Shown one piece after another: positions 32,856 through 44,758 of a stretch of DNA of 64,000 bases. Source of the DNA: Naegleria gruberi (Eukaryota). Every line of letters begins with the position of its first letter. Position 1 is the stretch's first letter. The stretch lies in assembly GCA_000004985.1 (NCBI GenBank), contig GG738882.1. One strand, given 5' to 3'. The notes under the pieces were generated by a model, which was not told where the DNA came from, searched no databases, and was given only the letters and a program-made list of their open reading frames with translations. Both the position numbers and the translations under genes were made by a program.

Positions 32856-34938
32856 ATGCAAAACAACAACGTGATTACTCTTTCGGATGGTGAAGATGAA
32901 GACGATGAAGTTGTGTCAATCTCCAATCCGAATACCAGTCCCAACAATATTGGTAATGCACCATTGATGAGAATGAACAATGGAGGAGCATTAATTCAGA
33001 ATAATAATAATAATATTAATCGGAATGTTTTCATACCTCCTCCATCGTTGGTTCCTTCCTCTTCTGTAATGGTTGGATCCTCTTCATCGAGTGTACTGCC
33101 TGCGAATGAAAATATTGGTGGTGGTGATGAAGGTGGTGATGAGAATGACGATGATGTATTGATTGATGAACCTGAAGATGATGAGGATAAAGATAATATT
33201 TGTCTAATTTGTCAAGATGAATGGAAAACAGAATCAAATCATCCTCACAAAGTCGTGGCTCTTAATTGTGGTCACATATTTGGACATTCTTGCATTTCTC
33301 AATGGTTACAAACCAAAAGAATTTGTCCTGTCTGTAAGAGACCTGCCGAAGAATCTGATTTGAGACCTATTTTCATTCAATCATCAGCTAATAGATTTGC
33401 CATAGAAAAGATTCAGAAAATTAGTGACAGAGAAAAACAACATTTGAGGAGGAAATTAAGACAAGAAAGAAAAAAGAGAAGAATGTTTGAATCGAGAATG
33501 TTAAAATTAAGGGAAAAAATTAAGAGATACATTTCAAGCTCCTCCAATCCTAAAACTAATGTAAATACTGATGTACAGATATCTCAAAATCCAAAACAAT
33601 TTCTAAAAGAAATATATACCGAAATTGATTCATGTCCTTTTGAACTCAAACTAATAGATACAGAAAATATGGAATTTCAACCAGAAGACCCTGATGTTGT
33701 GATTCAATCATCAAATCAGAACTCGTGCTTTGGACAGTACAAAGTCATGAGAAATGATTATTCACACAGGTTATTTAAATTTTTGGATGATCCTGGTCAA
33801 ATAGCATTTGACACTCCAAGAAATGCTCTGAGTATTTACTCATCTATAGCGAACTTGTATATCGATATTCCACTTTTTGGGAGAAGCTCTAGTGCATCTC
33901 CTTCCTCACCAATAGATGTAATTGACCTCAATTACTCGTCGAAAACTAACTTAATTTATGCATCTCTTGAAAATAATGATATTAAGATTGTAGATGGTAG
34001 GACTAGAAATAGTGTAGTATTCGATATGAGACTATCTAGTAGAGCAAATTGTATCTGCATTAATGAAAAATATGAAAATTACTTCATATGTGGTACAGAG
34101 ACTGGAAATATTACAGTTTTAGACATTAGACTGCCTAGATGTATTGCCTTTGATTACCAAGTACCTCACAGTGGCATAACAACACATGCAAACTCTGTGG
34201 TTTCTATTGATTGCATACCATCCAGTGACACTATTCTTTATTCTACCCTATCAGGAAATTATCAAGCCAAGCTGAACTTTGAATCGAATGATGTTATTGC
34301 AGACATTGGAGATACAAGCACCATTCAACCTGACTCTGTGCAAGATATTTCTTTTCCATTCATTCCAAAATCCCTCAAACCATTCAATATGAAATATGAC
34401 AGCTACTCAAAACGTACTTTATTTTCTTACTCTACTTTTGGAAATCCTCAAAGAACTATTGATCACTTAATTTTGAAAGAAACTAATAATGCTTTCCCAG
34501 TTACTGATGATATGATAAAAATAGAAGAAAAAGATGACCTTTCTTCACCACTCCAGTTTACTTCATTTGAAAGATGTATGTATTTTAATGATTTATCAAT
34601 TTGATTTTCTAATATTTACAGTTGAACATCATCCTACACCTATCCGAAAGTTCAAAGCACCAACTTGTTTATTCAATTTAACAACTACTGGACTGATTGA
34701 TTTGGATTCTAGTACTAATACTCAATCATACTCATATCTTAATGGTACATCACTTATGGCATATACAGGAAATAGAAAATTGACATTTGTTAATACTTTA
34801 ACAGGAAATAATTTCCAAACCATAAAGACAGACAATCTGCTGCCAGCATCCTGTCTTGACAGTTTGAACTGCCCTATGGGAACTTATATTGGCCAACTAT
34901 CTCCTGAATCACTTTCAATATATGTCTATAAAGGATAA
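32856..34938 (+). CDS. RFWD3: RING finger and WD-repeat protein 3 (RFWD3-like E3 ubiquitin ligase), 2 exons
   Basis: The RING CLICQDEWKTESNHPHKVVALNCGHIFGHSCISQWLQTKRICPVCKRP follows the RFWD3 pattern C.IC..W...L.CGH.FG..CIS.WL...CP.C. A coiled coil and WD-like repeats follow. Exons are 32856..34575 and 34622..34938, joined across a 46-nt intron AGAT|gtatgt...tttacag in the correct frame. Confidence 0.65.
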
Positions 34939-35652
34939 TTATACGAATTTTGACCACTTTGAATTAGATGATTTGTTAATGGTTGGATTATTTGCAAATG
35001 TTGGTTTAGTCTTCTTTTTTGGTTGTTCATCCTCTTCCTCAAAAAAGAAGTGGTCATTATCTTCACTTGTTTGAGGAATTGTTTCATCATTGTAAGAATC
35101 CCAATCACTATTATTTTTCTTATTACTTGTGGACTTGGTATTTCTGCTATTACCTGAATTGTAGCTGTCATATTCATCATATTCAGCATATTCTCCTTCA
35201 TCTCCATCATCCTCAGCTTTTTTCCTCTTTTTACTTTGCGATTTAGTTGCAGGCTTTCTTGATTTCTTCTCCTTTTCCAAACTTGTCACAACATCAAATC
35301 CCTCGTCCTCATCCTCATCATCATCATGAACATATCTTTTCTTTTCCTCCTTGAATTGACTCCATTTACTAGCCGATGCCTGTTTGTAAATTGGTTTTTT
35401 CTCCACAATTTGTTCTTCATTTTCCTCCTCCAATTGTCTAGCCTCCAAAACTTCCTGTTCAATTTCACCTCTCTTCATATTTAATTCTTGAACAATTGGT
35501 CGAAGATCCTTCGGTTGATTAGAGTTGGCAAATACTTTTCTGATCGATTGTTGAGAGCCACATAATTTACATTTCCACTTCCGATTCTTTGTCACCTGAT
35601 TAATACTAAAGGCTGTGCAATTAAAACATTGGAAGATGGCGTGTTCTGGCAT
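34939..35652 (-). CDS. MRNIP: MRN-complex-interacting protein (MRNIP/UPF0544, C5orf45 homolog)
   Basis: The N-terminal zinc ribbon FQCFNCTAFSINQVTKNRKWKCKLCGSQQSI aligns with human FHVLRCCSCRLFQAHQVKKSVKWTCKACGEKQSF. The protein has an acidic, K-rich middle, and the C-terminal SKWSKFV corresponds to human SKWAQFV. Confidence 0.7.
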   Translation of the reverse strand: MPEHAIFQCFNCTAFSINQVTKNRKWKCKLCGSQQSIRKVFANSNQPKDLRPIVQELNMKRGEIEQEVLEARQLEEENEEQIVEKKPIYKQASASKWSQFKEEKKRYVHDDDEDEDEGFDVVTSLEKEKKSRKPATKSQSKKRKKAEDDGDEGEYAEYDEYDSYNSGNSRNTKSTSNKKNNSDWDSYNDETIPQTSEDNDHFFFEEEDEQPKKKTKPTFANNPTINKSSNSKWSKFV

Positions 35653-36059
35653 TTTTTTTTATTTTGAAAAATTAAAAAAATTATTCCAGACAGAAGTGGA
35701 AGATTTTGTTGTGGAAAAAACAATTATTACTTAGTGGTATTTGCTTGATTACCAACATTAATTTACAAAAATTGGTTTTTCTCTCTTGTCATTGTTTCGA
35801 TTCGGCCTATTTTGAGTTTCCTGTTTCTACTGATATCAAAAGATTGAGACAAAATCAACATATTTCGAATCCTTAATAAGTGAAAAATCAAAATTAGATA
35901 CTCTTTAATTAGAAGATGATTATCTGGAACATTAATAATTATATATAAATAGTATAATTTTGGAAATTGTATTTTCATAGTCATTCCAATTCGTTTATTT
36001 AAAAAGTAAATTATACTAATCAAACTCTTTGCTTCCAATTCACACACAACAAAAAAAAC

Positions 36060-36900
36060 ATGAGCACTACAAATCGTCTAATAATATTTAGAGGAATTTC
36101 TGGTTCAGGTATTTATATTAGAAATTAATAAATTCACATGGTTAATATTTACAGGAAAAACTCATATTTGTGATCAGTTAATGATGAGATTTTTAGATAA
36201 TAAGGTCGATTCTCCTTCCATCAGAAATGTAATGAAACTTTCAAGAGATGATTTAAGGGCCAACCTCTTTCCAGACTTTGTCACACCGACCTTCAGCCAA
36301 GAGGAAGAAATGATGATTGATGAGTGGATCAAGAGGACAGTGAGGTATTTCTTTCATCACCACAATAATTCGAAAAACAAGGATGATGTACTCTATGTTT
36401 TTGTTGATGGCATGTGTTTAAACAGTAATGAATCTGTTAAATCTTTTGAAACACTCTGTAAAGGTATTGGAGTTGATGAAAAAGGGGAGGACGAAACTGT
36501 TAAAGAAATTGTTCAACTCACAACAACGATGGATTTACCTGGCATTCAATCATCCAACAATACGGGAGCTCAAGTACCAGATGATCATGTATCATGTGAA
36601 AAATTGACTAGAGTAATCAATGAACAACTAATCAATGTTGAGTCAAAGATCAAAAAATTGGCTTCTTTTTATTGTGTTGAAGTAGAAAGAGATGAATCAG
36701 ATTGTAAGGAAGCAATCGAGGAGATGAAAGATAGTCATCCAGCAAAACAGAGCAGAAATTATGATAAAACAAAACAAGAATTTACCAGATTGGATGAGAA
36801 ATACACCAAGACCATCAATTACAAATTTGTTTACAATAGAGAGGACAAACTTGAAGAAATTGTTAATGATTTGACAGAATGGATTAGACAAAATGATTAG
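36060..36900 (+). CDS. P-loop NTPase/kinase (AAA_33-like), 2 exons
   Basis: Exon 1 is 36060..36108 and encodes MSTTNRLIIFRGISGSG. A 46-nt intron (gtattt...tttacag) precedes exon 2 at 36155..36900. The Walker A motif GISGSG|GKTHI is split by the intron. The family is unresolved, with Kti12, PSTK or polynucleotide-kinase-like folds all possible. Confidence 0.5.
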
Positions 36901-37237
36901 AAATAAACTGAAATTGACTTGATTGTCACCAACAAAAAAGACAACTGGAATGGTGACCCTTTCACAGCAATCAAGCACACCAAACCATTGTTATCTCTCC
37001 GCCCAATGAATTATTTGCAGTATGATTGCTGACTTTATTAAAATAACTCAAACAATGCAACGGGCAGGAAATACTCAAGAAATGAATGTTGTGGTTTTAC
37101 GAAAAAGATTATTTTATTCAAGAAAGCATACAATTTCCGTAAGTTTGAACCAACTATTTCTCCCGCCATTGTATTTTCATTAATGTACAACAAAAACAAC
37201 AGACAAATAAAATACCTCAACAACAAGGAACTATACA

Positions 37238-37583
37238 ATGGTACGTGTCGTTTGATACAAACGGGTTTTTTAATGATGATGAAAAATAGAGCGAAATCGA
37301 TGAAACATTGAAGAGAATTAAGTCTCATAAGGGAGTGGAAGGAATTGTTATTGTAAATAGTGAAGGAATACCTATTAGATCGGATTTTATGAATGATGAT
37401 GTAAAAGTAAAATATGCTGCCAATATAACACAATTAGTTGCCAAAGCTAGATCGGTCGTCAGAGATCTCAATCCTCAAAACGATTTAACCTTCTTGAGAG
37501 TAAGAACAAAACTCCATGAAATTTTAATTGCCCCAGATAAGGAATATATTTTAATAGTTGTACAGAATACCAACTTTGAATAA
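37238..37583 (+). CDS. DYNLRB: Dynein light chain roadblock-type (LC7/DYNLRB)
   Basis: Exon 1 is the ATG alone at 37238..37240, followed by a 49-nt intron (gtacgt...aaaatag). Exon 2 at 37290..37583 encodes [31 protein letters not shown]...[38 protein letters not shown], which is about 60% identical to human DYNLRB1. Confidence 0.85.
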
Positions 37584-37729
37584 ATTATTAGTTATTTAAT
37601 AAAGCCAATTATTTCATGAAGAATCAATTATTTTCTAAATCTTTGCTGTTATGACTATAATTTAAAAAGGCGGGAAGAACAAGAGTTTATTGCAAATGGC
37701 GCCAAATTCTACACTTTTCATCTTAAAAA

Positions 37730-38830
37730 ATGTCTCAAGACTCAAGTATTAATGATTCTTCTCTAATGTTGGACGATTCTATATCTTTCTCAAACCGTTT
37801 TGATTTTGAGGAAACTATAAGGCAAATCCAAGAACAAAGCAAGAAAGTCAGCAACCACTTGAATCAATATTCTAAATATCTTGCTCCGAGCCCTAAAGTT
37901 GAAAAAGAACAACAAAGTATCAAACCCACTACAACAACATCAAATAAGCAAAGCTCTCCTACAGCTAATTACTATACCTCAGTCCCAACAACCACAACAA
38001 CAAGGCCTCCATCGGTAAATTCAGTCTCTATGGAAGCAAAACAAAGTATAACATCAGGATCGGGGAGCAATTCTCTCCACAACCCTACTAAGAGTGTCCA
38101 ATCTGTGGCCACGCCTCTAACCTCTAAATATTCTCCGTCTGACCCCATTGAGGCTTTGATGAGGGATTTTCGAAATGAAGTTAAGGACATTGATAACTGT
38201 ATTCATCACTCAAATGATACTCCAGAGAGTTACAAATACGACTCTCTTTATAAAGACGAAGAGACAGATGGATATGAAGAGGAACCTGAATACTCTCTGT
38301 ACAATACCTCCACTCCTATCAATGAATCAGTTAAAAAATCTAACAGATTAGTTACTGAATCAATGTCAAAATTTAAAAGAATGAACGAACATGATTCTCA
38401 ACCAATTTTACCTAACAAGCCACCTACATCATCACATCGTTTGGGAGCTCACAATGATAGTGTTTTTTCTCCAATTTTGAATAGCTCTTCCAAGACTTCA
38501 CATACCTCTTCGCCAATGATTACCTTCTCCACGGCAGAGAAGAGTAGAGTTACTGATCCAGATATCATGTTTACTCCTCAACATTTAGGAGGAAGTGGAT
38601 TATTTTCAAGTAGCAATATCACTAATCAAGAAAAACAAAAACAAATTGTACCACAACAATCAAACCAAGCATCATCAAACACTGAAATGTTGCTTAGAAT
38701 TGAGAATATTCAGCTTAAAGATGAAATATCCAAATTGAACTCTACTGTGGTATCTCTACAAAGTAGAATGGAAGGAATGGAAAAGAGTATGAAACAATTA
38801 TTCGATTTGTTAACTCATCAAAATAAATAA
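37730..38830 (+). CDS. Hypothetical S/T-rich protein with a C-terminal coiled coil
   Basis: An ATG ORF with low-complexity Ser/Thr/Pro regions. The C-terminal heptad-like segment reads LLRIENIQLKDEISKLNSTVVSLQSRMEGMEKSMKQLFDLL. Confidence 0.35.
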   Translation: MSQDSSINDSSLMLDDSISFSNRFDFEETIRQIQEQSKKVSNHLNQYSKYLAPSPKVEKEQQSIKPTTTTSNKQSSPTANYYTSVPTTTTTRPPSVNSVSMEAKQSITSGSGSNSLHNPTKSVQSVATPLTSKYSPSDPIEALMRDFRNEVKDIDNCIHHSNDTPESYKYDSLYKDEETDGYEEEPEYSLYNTSTPINESVKKSNRLVTESMSKFKRMNEHDSQPILPNKPPTSSHRLGAHNDSVFSPILNSSSKTSHTSSPMITFSTAEKSRVTDPDIMFTPQHLGGSGLFSSSNITNQEKQKQIVPQQSNQASSNTEMLLRIENIQLKDEISKLNSTVVSLQSRMEGMEKSMKQLFDLLTHQNK

Positions 38831-38992
38831 TAGGTCAATGAAATCTAGATTGACTAAACATTTCAAGATCCTATCTTTATATGTTTAACAATATTTTATT
38901 ATTTAAATTATAATATTTTTTGGTCCCTTATTGATGACCCTTAAATTAAGTTAATTGTACAAAATTCGTTTTGATTCCTGCTCTAAAGTGAA

Positions 38993-41125
38993 TTAATAGA
39001 CACGCTTGAATGGTGGAATATATCCCCACTCCTTTTCATCGAGAGTATAACTGTGGACTGGTCTATATTCAATATTGACCTTACCAGTATCAACATCCAT
39101 TGTGGTAAGAGTGTGCTTCATCCATGTAGCATCATCTCTGTCTGGGAAGTCGTCACGAGCGTGAGCACCTCTGGATTCCTTTCTGTTTTCAGCTGAAAGC
39201 ATAGTTTGTACAGCATTGATCAAAAGGTTTTGTAATTCGAGAATTTCATAAAGGTTAACATTGTAAATTGGTGACTTATCGCCCAACTTAAGGTATGGGA
39301 GCTTATCATAAGCTTCCTTAATGAGTTTACAACCAGTTTCCAAAGTTTCTTGCTTACGATAGACAGCAGCATAGTTTTGCATGACACTTTGCATTTCCTT
39401 TCTCAATTCGTGACATTTGATAGTTCCCTTATCACTATTGAAAAGCTTATCCAAACGAACAATTGATTGCATACCAGCATCAGATGGAAGAGGCTTATGC
39501 TTAGTATCCTTTGGCAAATTTTCCATGACGTACAAAGCACAAGCACGACCAAAGACGACAAGATCCAAAAGTGAGTTAGCACCCAAACGATTAGCACCGT
39601 GAACAGAAGCACAAGCAACTTCACCAGCAGCCAACAAACCCTTAACTGGATAATCTGGTTGATCTTCAGACTTCTTATAGACAACTTGACCAGTGTAAAG
39701 AGTTGGAACACCACCCATATTGTAGTGAACAGTTGGAACGACTGGAATTGGTTCCTTAGTCAAATCGACACCAGCGAAAATCTTGGCAGTTTCAGTAATA
39801 CCTGGTAATCTTTCGTGAAGTAAATCAGTTGGCAAGTGATCCAAGTGCAAGTGAATGTGATCCTTCTTTGGACCGCATCCTCTACCTTCCAAAATTTCCA
39901 TAGTCATAGCTCTACTGACAACGTCTCTTGAAGCCAAATCCTTGACACTAGGAGCATACTTTTCCATAAAACGTTCACCTTCACTATTTCTCAAGAAACC
40001 ACCTTCACCACGAGCGCCTTCTGTAATTAAACAACCAGCACCATAGATACCAGTAGGGTGGAATTGAACAAATTCCAAATCTTGATTTGGTAAACCAGCT
40101 CTAGAAACCATGGCAGTACCGTCACCAGTACAAGTGTGAGCAGAAGTACATGAACCATAAGCTCTACCATAACCTCCTGTAGCCAAAATAGTGTAGTGAG
40201 AACGGAAACGATGCATACTACTATCTTCAAGACAATAAGTCATAACACCTCTACATTCATCTCCTTCCATCAACAAGTCCAAAGCGAAATATTCAATAAA
40301 GAATTGGACGTCATATTTCAAAGCCATACCATAGTTTGTGTGGAGAAGAGCGTGACCTGTTCTATCAGCAGCAGCACAACATCTTCTAGCTTGACCACCT
40401 TTACCAAACTTGATACTTTGACCACCGAAAGCTCTTTGATAAATTTTACCTTCAGGAGTACGAGAGAAAGGAAGACCCATATGTTCCATTTCAATAACGG
40501 CTTGTGGAGCTTCTTTACACATGTAGTGAATAGCATCTTGATCACCCAACCAATCGCTACCCTTGACTGTATCATAGGCGTGATAAGTCCAGTGATCTTC
40601 TGTCATATTTCCAAGAGCAGCGTTAATACCACCTTGAGCAGCAACAGTGTGTGATCTTGTTGGGAACAACTTGGAAATACAGGCAACCTTGTATCCAGCT
40701 TTGGCCAAGTTGGCAGCACAAACGAGACCAGCACCACCAGCACCTACAACAACAGCATCATAAGTATGGTCAATTACTGGATAAACTTGTGAGAGTTGTG
40801 GTCCCTTATCGGTCATTGTTCCTTGTCTAACAGCACTATTTCCTAGCACAACCAAATTTTTGGTATTAGATGAAAAACATCTTTTAGTATTGGATGTTGT
40901 TGTGGATGTTTTAGTAGTAGAATTAATTAATGATGATGAAGATGAAAAAACAGAGTTGTTTTTTAATTGTTGTTGGATTGAAGACTTCAAAGCAGAGACT
41001 CCCTTCAACTTTCTGCAAGACTTGAGCATTTTTTGAGTCTGAATATTTTTTATCAAAATATTTTTAAAATTATTTTCTTGCCTGCTGCAGCCAAAAATCA
41101 TCCGAAGCCTAAAACTCCCCAGCAA
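38993..41125 (-). CDS. SDHA: Succinate dehydrogenase (ubiquinone) flavoprotein subunit, mitochondrial
   Basis: [11 protein letters not shown] is the FAD-binding GxGxxG motif. [10 protein letters not shown] carries the covalent-FAD His. [13 protein letters not shown] and [10 protein letters not shown] are present, and identity to SDHA is high along the full length. The long N-terminal presequence suggests the true start may be an internal Met (MLKSC...). Confidence 0.9.
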   Translation of the reverse strand: MLGSFRLRMIFGCSRQENNFKNILIKNIQTQKMLKSCRKLKGVSALKSSIQQQLKNNSVFSSSSSLINSTTKTSTTTSNTKRCFSSNTKNLVVLGNSAVRQGTMTDKGPQLSQVYPVIDHTYDAVVVGAGGAGLVCAANLAKAGYKVACISKLFPTRSHTVAAQGGINAALGNMTEDHWTYHAYDTVKGSDWLGDQDAIHYMCKEAPQAVIEMEHMGLPFSRTPEGKIYQRAFGGQSIKFGKGGQARRCCAAADRTGHALLHTNYGMALKYDVQFFIEYFALDLLMEGDECRGVMTYCLEDSSMHRFRSHYTILATGGYGRAYGSCTSAHTCTGDGTAMVSRAGLPNQDLEFVQFHPTGIYGAGCLITEGARGEGGFLRNSEGERFMEKYAPSVKDLASRDVVSRAMTMEILEGRGCGPKKDHIHLHLDHLPTDLLHERLPGITETAKIFAGVDLTKEPIPVVPTVHYNMGGVPTLYTGQVVYKKSEDQPDYPVKGLLAAGEVACASVHGANRLGANSLLDLVVFGRACALYVMENLPKDTKHKPLPSDAGMQSIVRLDKLFNSDKGTIKCHELRKEMQSVMQNYAAVYRKQETLETGCKLIKEAYDKLPYLKLGDKSPIYNVNLYEILELQNLLINAVQTMLSAENRKESRGAHARDDFPDRDDATWMKHTLTTMDVDTGKVNIEYRPVHSYTLDEKEWGYIPPFKRVY

Positions 41126-41866
41126 AAGACAGATGTTCTGTATGAAATGGATTAGAGAAGGGACAATAACAATGATATTCAGCTTGAGTGTTTGACCGAC
41201 AACTCTAAGTTGTGTTGTCCCTTGCTAGCGATATGCTTTGTTGCGATTCTCTCTTTTGATGACTAATTCAAGCAGCTGGGCTTGAATTTACAATAACTCA
41301 AATTGAACATTAAAAAATACATCAATTCAGAGATGAATTGCATCAAGGAATGAATGTTAAGGAAATTAGAGTTGTTTGAATTAGCTTATTTTACACATTT
41401 TAAATCAATGTCCAAAATGGAAGAATAAGGCAATCAATTACGATGATTATCATAATTGGTTAAGGATAAGATCATCATTAGTATAAATATTGTCTATCAA
41501 TTCAATTCATGAAATTCAATTTCATAGCAGGCAACATGCTTTTGATTAAGGACCCACTTGCCGAACCGTTTGAATCAATCAATATTTCATTTTACCAGTT
41601 CATGAAAAGCAACTTTCTGCTCTCCGAATAGACTATGATATCAATCGACATTGGATGAATTGATGAACGTTTTGGTTTCGTAAAGACATCTTGGGTGATC
41701 ACTTTTGGAACCTTGTTACCATTCCAAATATGATGTCAAACAAAAGTTCTGTATTGTTATCTGCCACCATTGTATCTATCTTTCCAATCATGCCAGTTGA
41801 TACTTCTTTAAATACCACTGGTGATACAAGTCCAATGCATCCAACAATCAAAAAAAACAAAACACT

Positions 41867-42904
41867 GTGTTAACAATGAAACTCTTTATGGCTCTCATCT
41901 TTTTATTCCTTGCATTGTTGGCTAACAATGGCAGATGTGCAACAGTAAATCCAATTGCATCTGTTCAGTTTAATCAAGTGATTGATGCAGCCATGACCAA
42001 TATTTTGCACAAGTCAGAAATAACAAGTGCTATCAATGATTGTAAGTAGTTGTATACTAAGTTTTATATGGAAAATATATTCGAAATTAGTTTTTACGTT
42101 TCCTGCTCCTACTTGTTATGCTTCAATTTCCTTCCCTGCCATCAATCCAATTCCTGCATCAGTTTCTCAAATTCGATTCTGCAATCTCAACTATGGCCTT
42201 TACAAAACTTTAGTAAGTAATTACAGCTCTTAAGTTTCTTATTAACCAAATTATTTGCTATATTCAATTAGGGAAATGCAATTGTTAGTGCAATCAACTC
42301 CCAATACAAACTTTCCCTCACAGCAAATTATGACGCAGTGGTCAATGTTTCAGTTTCTTATTTCAATTCATTGAAAACTGCAGTCGATTCCTCAGTGTGT
42401 GATGTTGTCATTGCAGAGACAGTATATACTGCAGAAAGAGCAAAGCTTGTAAAATATACTACTTGTGGTTATGGAAGCACCTCATATGGTTTTTTAAGAG
42501 GAGCATTGGATAATTCAACCATTAGTATTTCAAATGTAAATGATTTGAATAATCCAGCAGTCAAAATTTCAGTTGTTAAGGGATCAATTTTTGACACCTA
42601 TGTGAATCAATCATTACCATTAGCTCAAAAGGTGTATGCTTCCTATGGAGCTCAAATGCAATTGGTTGCTGATGGGGTTGTCCATGCAGTTGTGGATGAT
42701 GCAGTTGGACTTAATCAATTTCGATTGAACAATATGAAAGATTGCACTTCATGTTTTGTGAAACTATTTGGAGATGTTAGCACCTTCTCAGCTTTTACAG
42801 AACTAACAACCAAATCGAATGGAGCATTTTCAATTTTTAACACCTTTACTCTGTTAATGATGTGTACAGCAAGTCTGTTTATTAGTTTTCTTGTAATTTT
42901 ATAA
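41867..42904 (+). CDS. Secreted periplasmic-binding-protein (SBP_bac_3) -like protein with a probable GPI-anchor signal; 3 exons
   Basis: Exon 1 (41867..42041) encodes the signal peptide MKLFMALIFLFLALLANNGRCA. Exons 2 and 3 are 42091..42212 and 42272..42904. Introns are GATT|gtaagt...aaattag and TTA|gtaagt...caattag, and frames agree with track ORFs 41867, 42027 and 42338. The mature region VCDVVIAETVYTAERAKLVKYTTCGYG...VKGSIFDTYV...DGVVHAVVDDAVGL resembles bacterial type-3 solute-binding and glutamate-receptor ligand-binding domains. The C-terminus is a hydrophobic tail, NGAFSIFNTFTLLMMCTASLFISFLVIL. Confidence 0.5.
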
Positions 42905-42934
42905 ACATGTATTAAATGATAATTATGATCTCAA

Positions 42935-44662
42935 TTAAATATTGATTTCAACAGTTCCATTTTCCAAGTCTGCCAATAAATTCTTCATTTGACTGTCAAT
43001 GGTTGAGAGAGCAAATTGGACATGTTCGAGATTTGTGAAGGAACCACAAATTGCCAATCTCAAACAATACTTTCCACCCAAAACAGTATGACTCATGTAC
43101 ATCATACCATTTACATTAATTCTTTCAATAAGAATCTCGTTGAAACGATTTTCCTTTTGGAGAGACCATTCTGAATTGTGATATCTGAAACAGATAAGAC
43201 TGGTAACTCTTGGAGCTAGGAATTCAATGCATGATTGCTTTCTCAATTCAGTTTCGGCATATTTTGTAAGATTAATGTGATGTCTGAGATACTTTTGAAG
43301 TCCACTAATACCATAAACTCTCATAACAAGCCACAATTTCAAAGATCTGAAACGTCTACCAAGAGGCAACTGCCAATCTCTGTAATCAGTAACAAGTCCA
43401 CTACTGGATGCCTTATTTTTCAAATATTCAGGATCTAAAGACAGAGCATTCTTCAAATGTTTTCTCTCCTTGACCCAAAATGCACAACAATCAAAGTTTG
43501 TCAACATCCACTTGTGAGGATTGAATGTGAAAGAATCAGCAAATTCCAAATATTCACAATTATCACCACCAACAAAAGCTTGTCTACATTCAGGTAGCAT
43601 GAGTGATGATCCAACGAATGCAGCATCAACATGAAGGAATAATGAAAACTTTTGACAAATTGCTCCAATCTTGGATAAATCATCAATGGCAGTGCTACTT
43701 GTTGTTCCAATGGTTCCACAAACAAAGAATGGAATTAAACCATTTTCCAAATCCTGTTGAATAGTTTTTTCCAATTCATTTTCATTCATATTATAAGTGT
43801 CTGGATAGGCAGATATTTTCCTCAAATGAATAATACCAGTGACCATGCATGCCTTCTCAATAGAGCTGTGAGTTTGACTTGAAACGTAGGCCACTAACTT
43901 TCCTTGAAAATCAGCTTGATTGAATGAATCACCCATTTCATTCTTCATTTGGACACGTTTCTTTTCTTTAGCTGCTAACATTGCAACTACACCAGCTGAT
44001 GAAGCTGTATCTTGAATGGATCCTCCCTTTTCAGAAAGTGGTTGTTGAGATTTCAAATTTTGTAAAATAACTTACACCTGTTGTTTCACTTAAAAAGTGT
44101 TTTGGTAAATGGAGAGCTTTGGCCAACCAGTCCATAACAATAGTTTCCAATTCTGTGCATGCAGGTGAAGTAATCCAACTAAAACCAATGACATTGAACA
44201 TTCCTGACAAGATGTCACCAATGAGAGCAGGATATGAAAAATTGGCAGAAAAGAACTATCATTTTCAATTATTCTAATACATGTATTCCAAAAACCTACA
44301 GAATAGAAATTAGGATGTTGCCAATGAGTTACTCCCATAGTAATCTTCTCAGAAACATCTTTCAAAATATCATCAAATGATTCTCCATTAAGAGGTGCTT
44401 CATTTGGTAATAATTTTTGCAAATAACCTGGTTGTACTTGAGAACAGACTGGGTGATGAATTTTGTTTTCTTCTAAAGTATTGTTTGGATTAATTAATTG
44501 ATCATGATAATTAACAATATAATCACCAACTGTATTTAGGTGATTTTTGAAATCGGAGGCAGACCATGGATGTTGAAAATTGAGTTCTTCAAGTGTAAAT
44601 TCCGATGATGAATTGTTATTCTCTTGTGATGGGAGTGGCTGTTGATTGTTTGATGGAAGCAT
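42935..44662 (-). CDS. DDC: Aromatic-L-amino-acid decarboxylase (PLP-dependent group II decarboxylase), 3 exons
   Basis: Exons are 44300..44662, 44076..44255 and 42935..44026. Introns are a 44-nt TCT|gtaggt...gatag and a 49-nt GGT|gtaagt...gaaaag. The spliced product reads ...GVTHWQHPNFYS|FFSANFSYPALIGDILSGMFNVIGFSWITSPACTELETIVMDWLAKALHLPKHFLSETTG|GGSIQDTASSAGVV... and aligns with human DDC. The PLP lysine is in SFTFNPHKW. Confidence 0.85.
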
Positions 44663-44758
44663 TTTTTTTATGTGAATTTACTAGTTGACCAATTCTTCCT
44701 TTCATAGATGTCTTCTTATTACAATAATACAATCAATTTATATACAAAATTTGTACAA

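Noticed and set aside
36697-37433. Minus-strand ORFs 36697..36978 and 37038..37433 as genes
   Set aside because: They are hydrophobic, low-complexity translations of AT-rich sequence. The first overlaps the 3' end of the P-loop kinase gene, and the second overlaps the roadblock gene's promoter and first exon. No motifs were found and they are opposite to confirmed genes.
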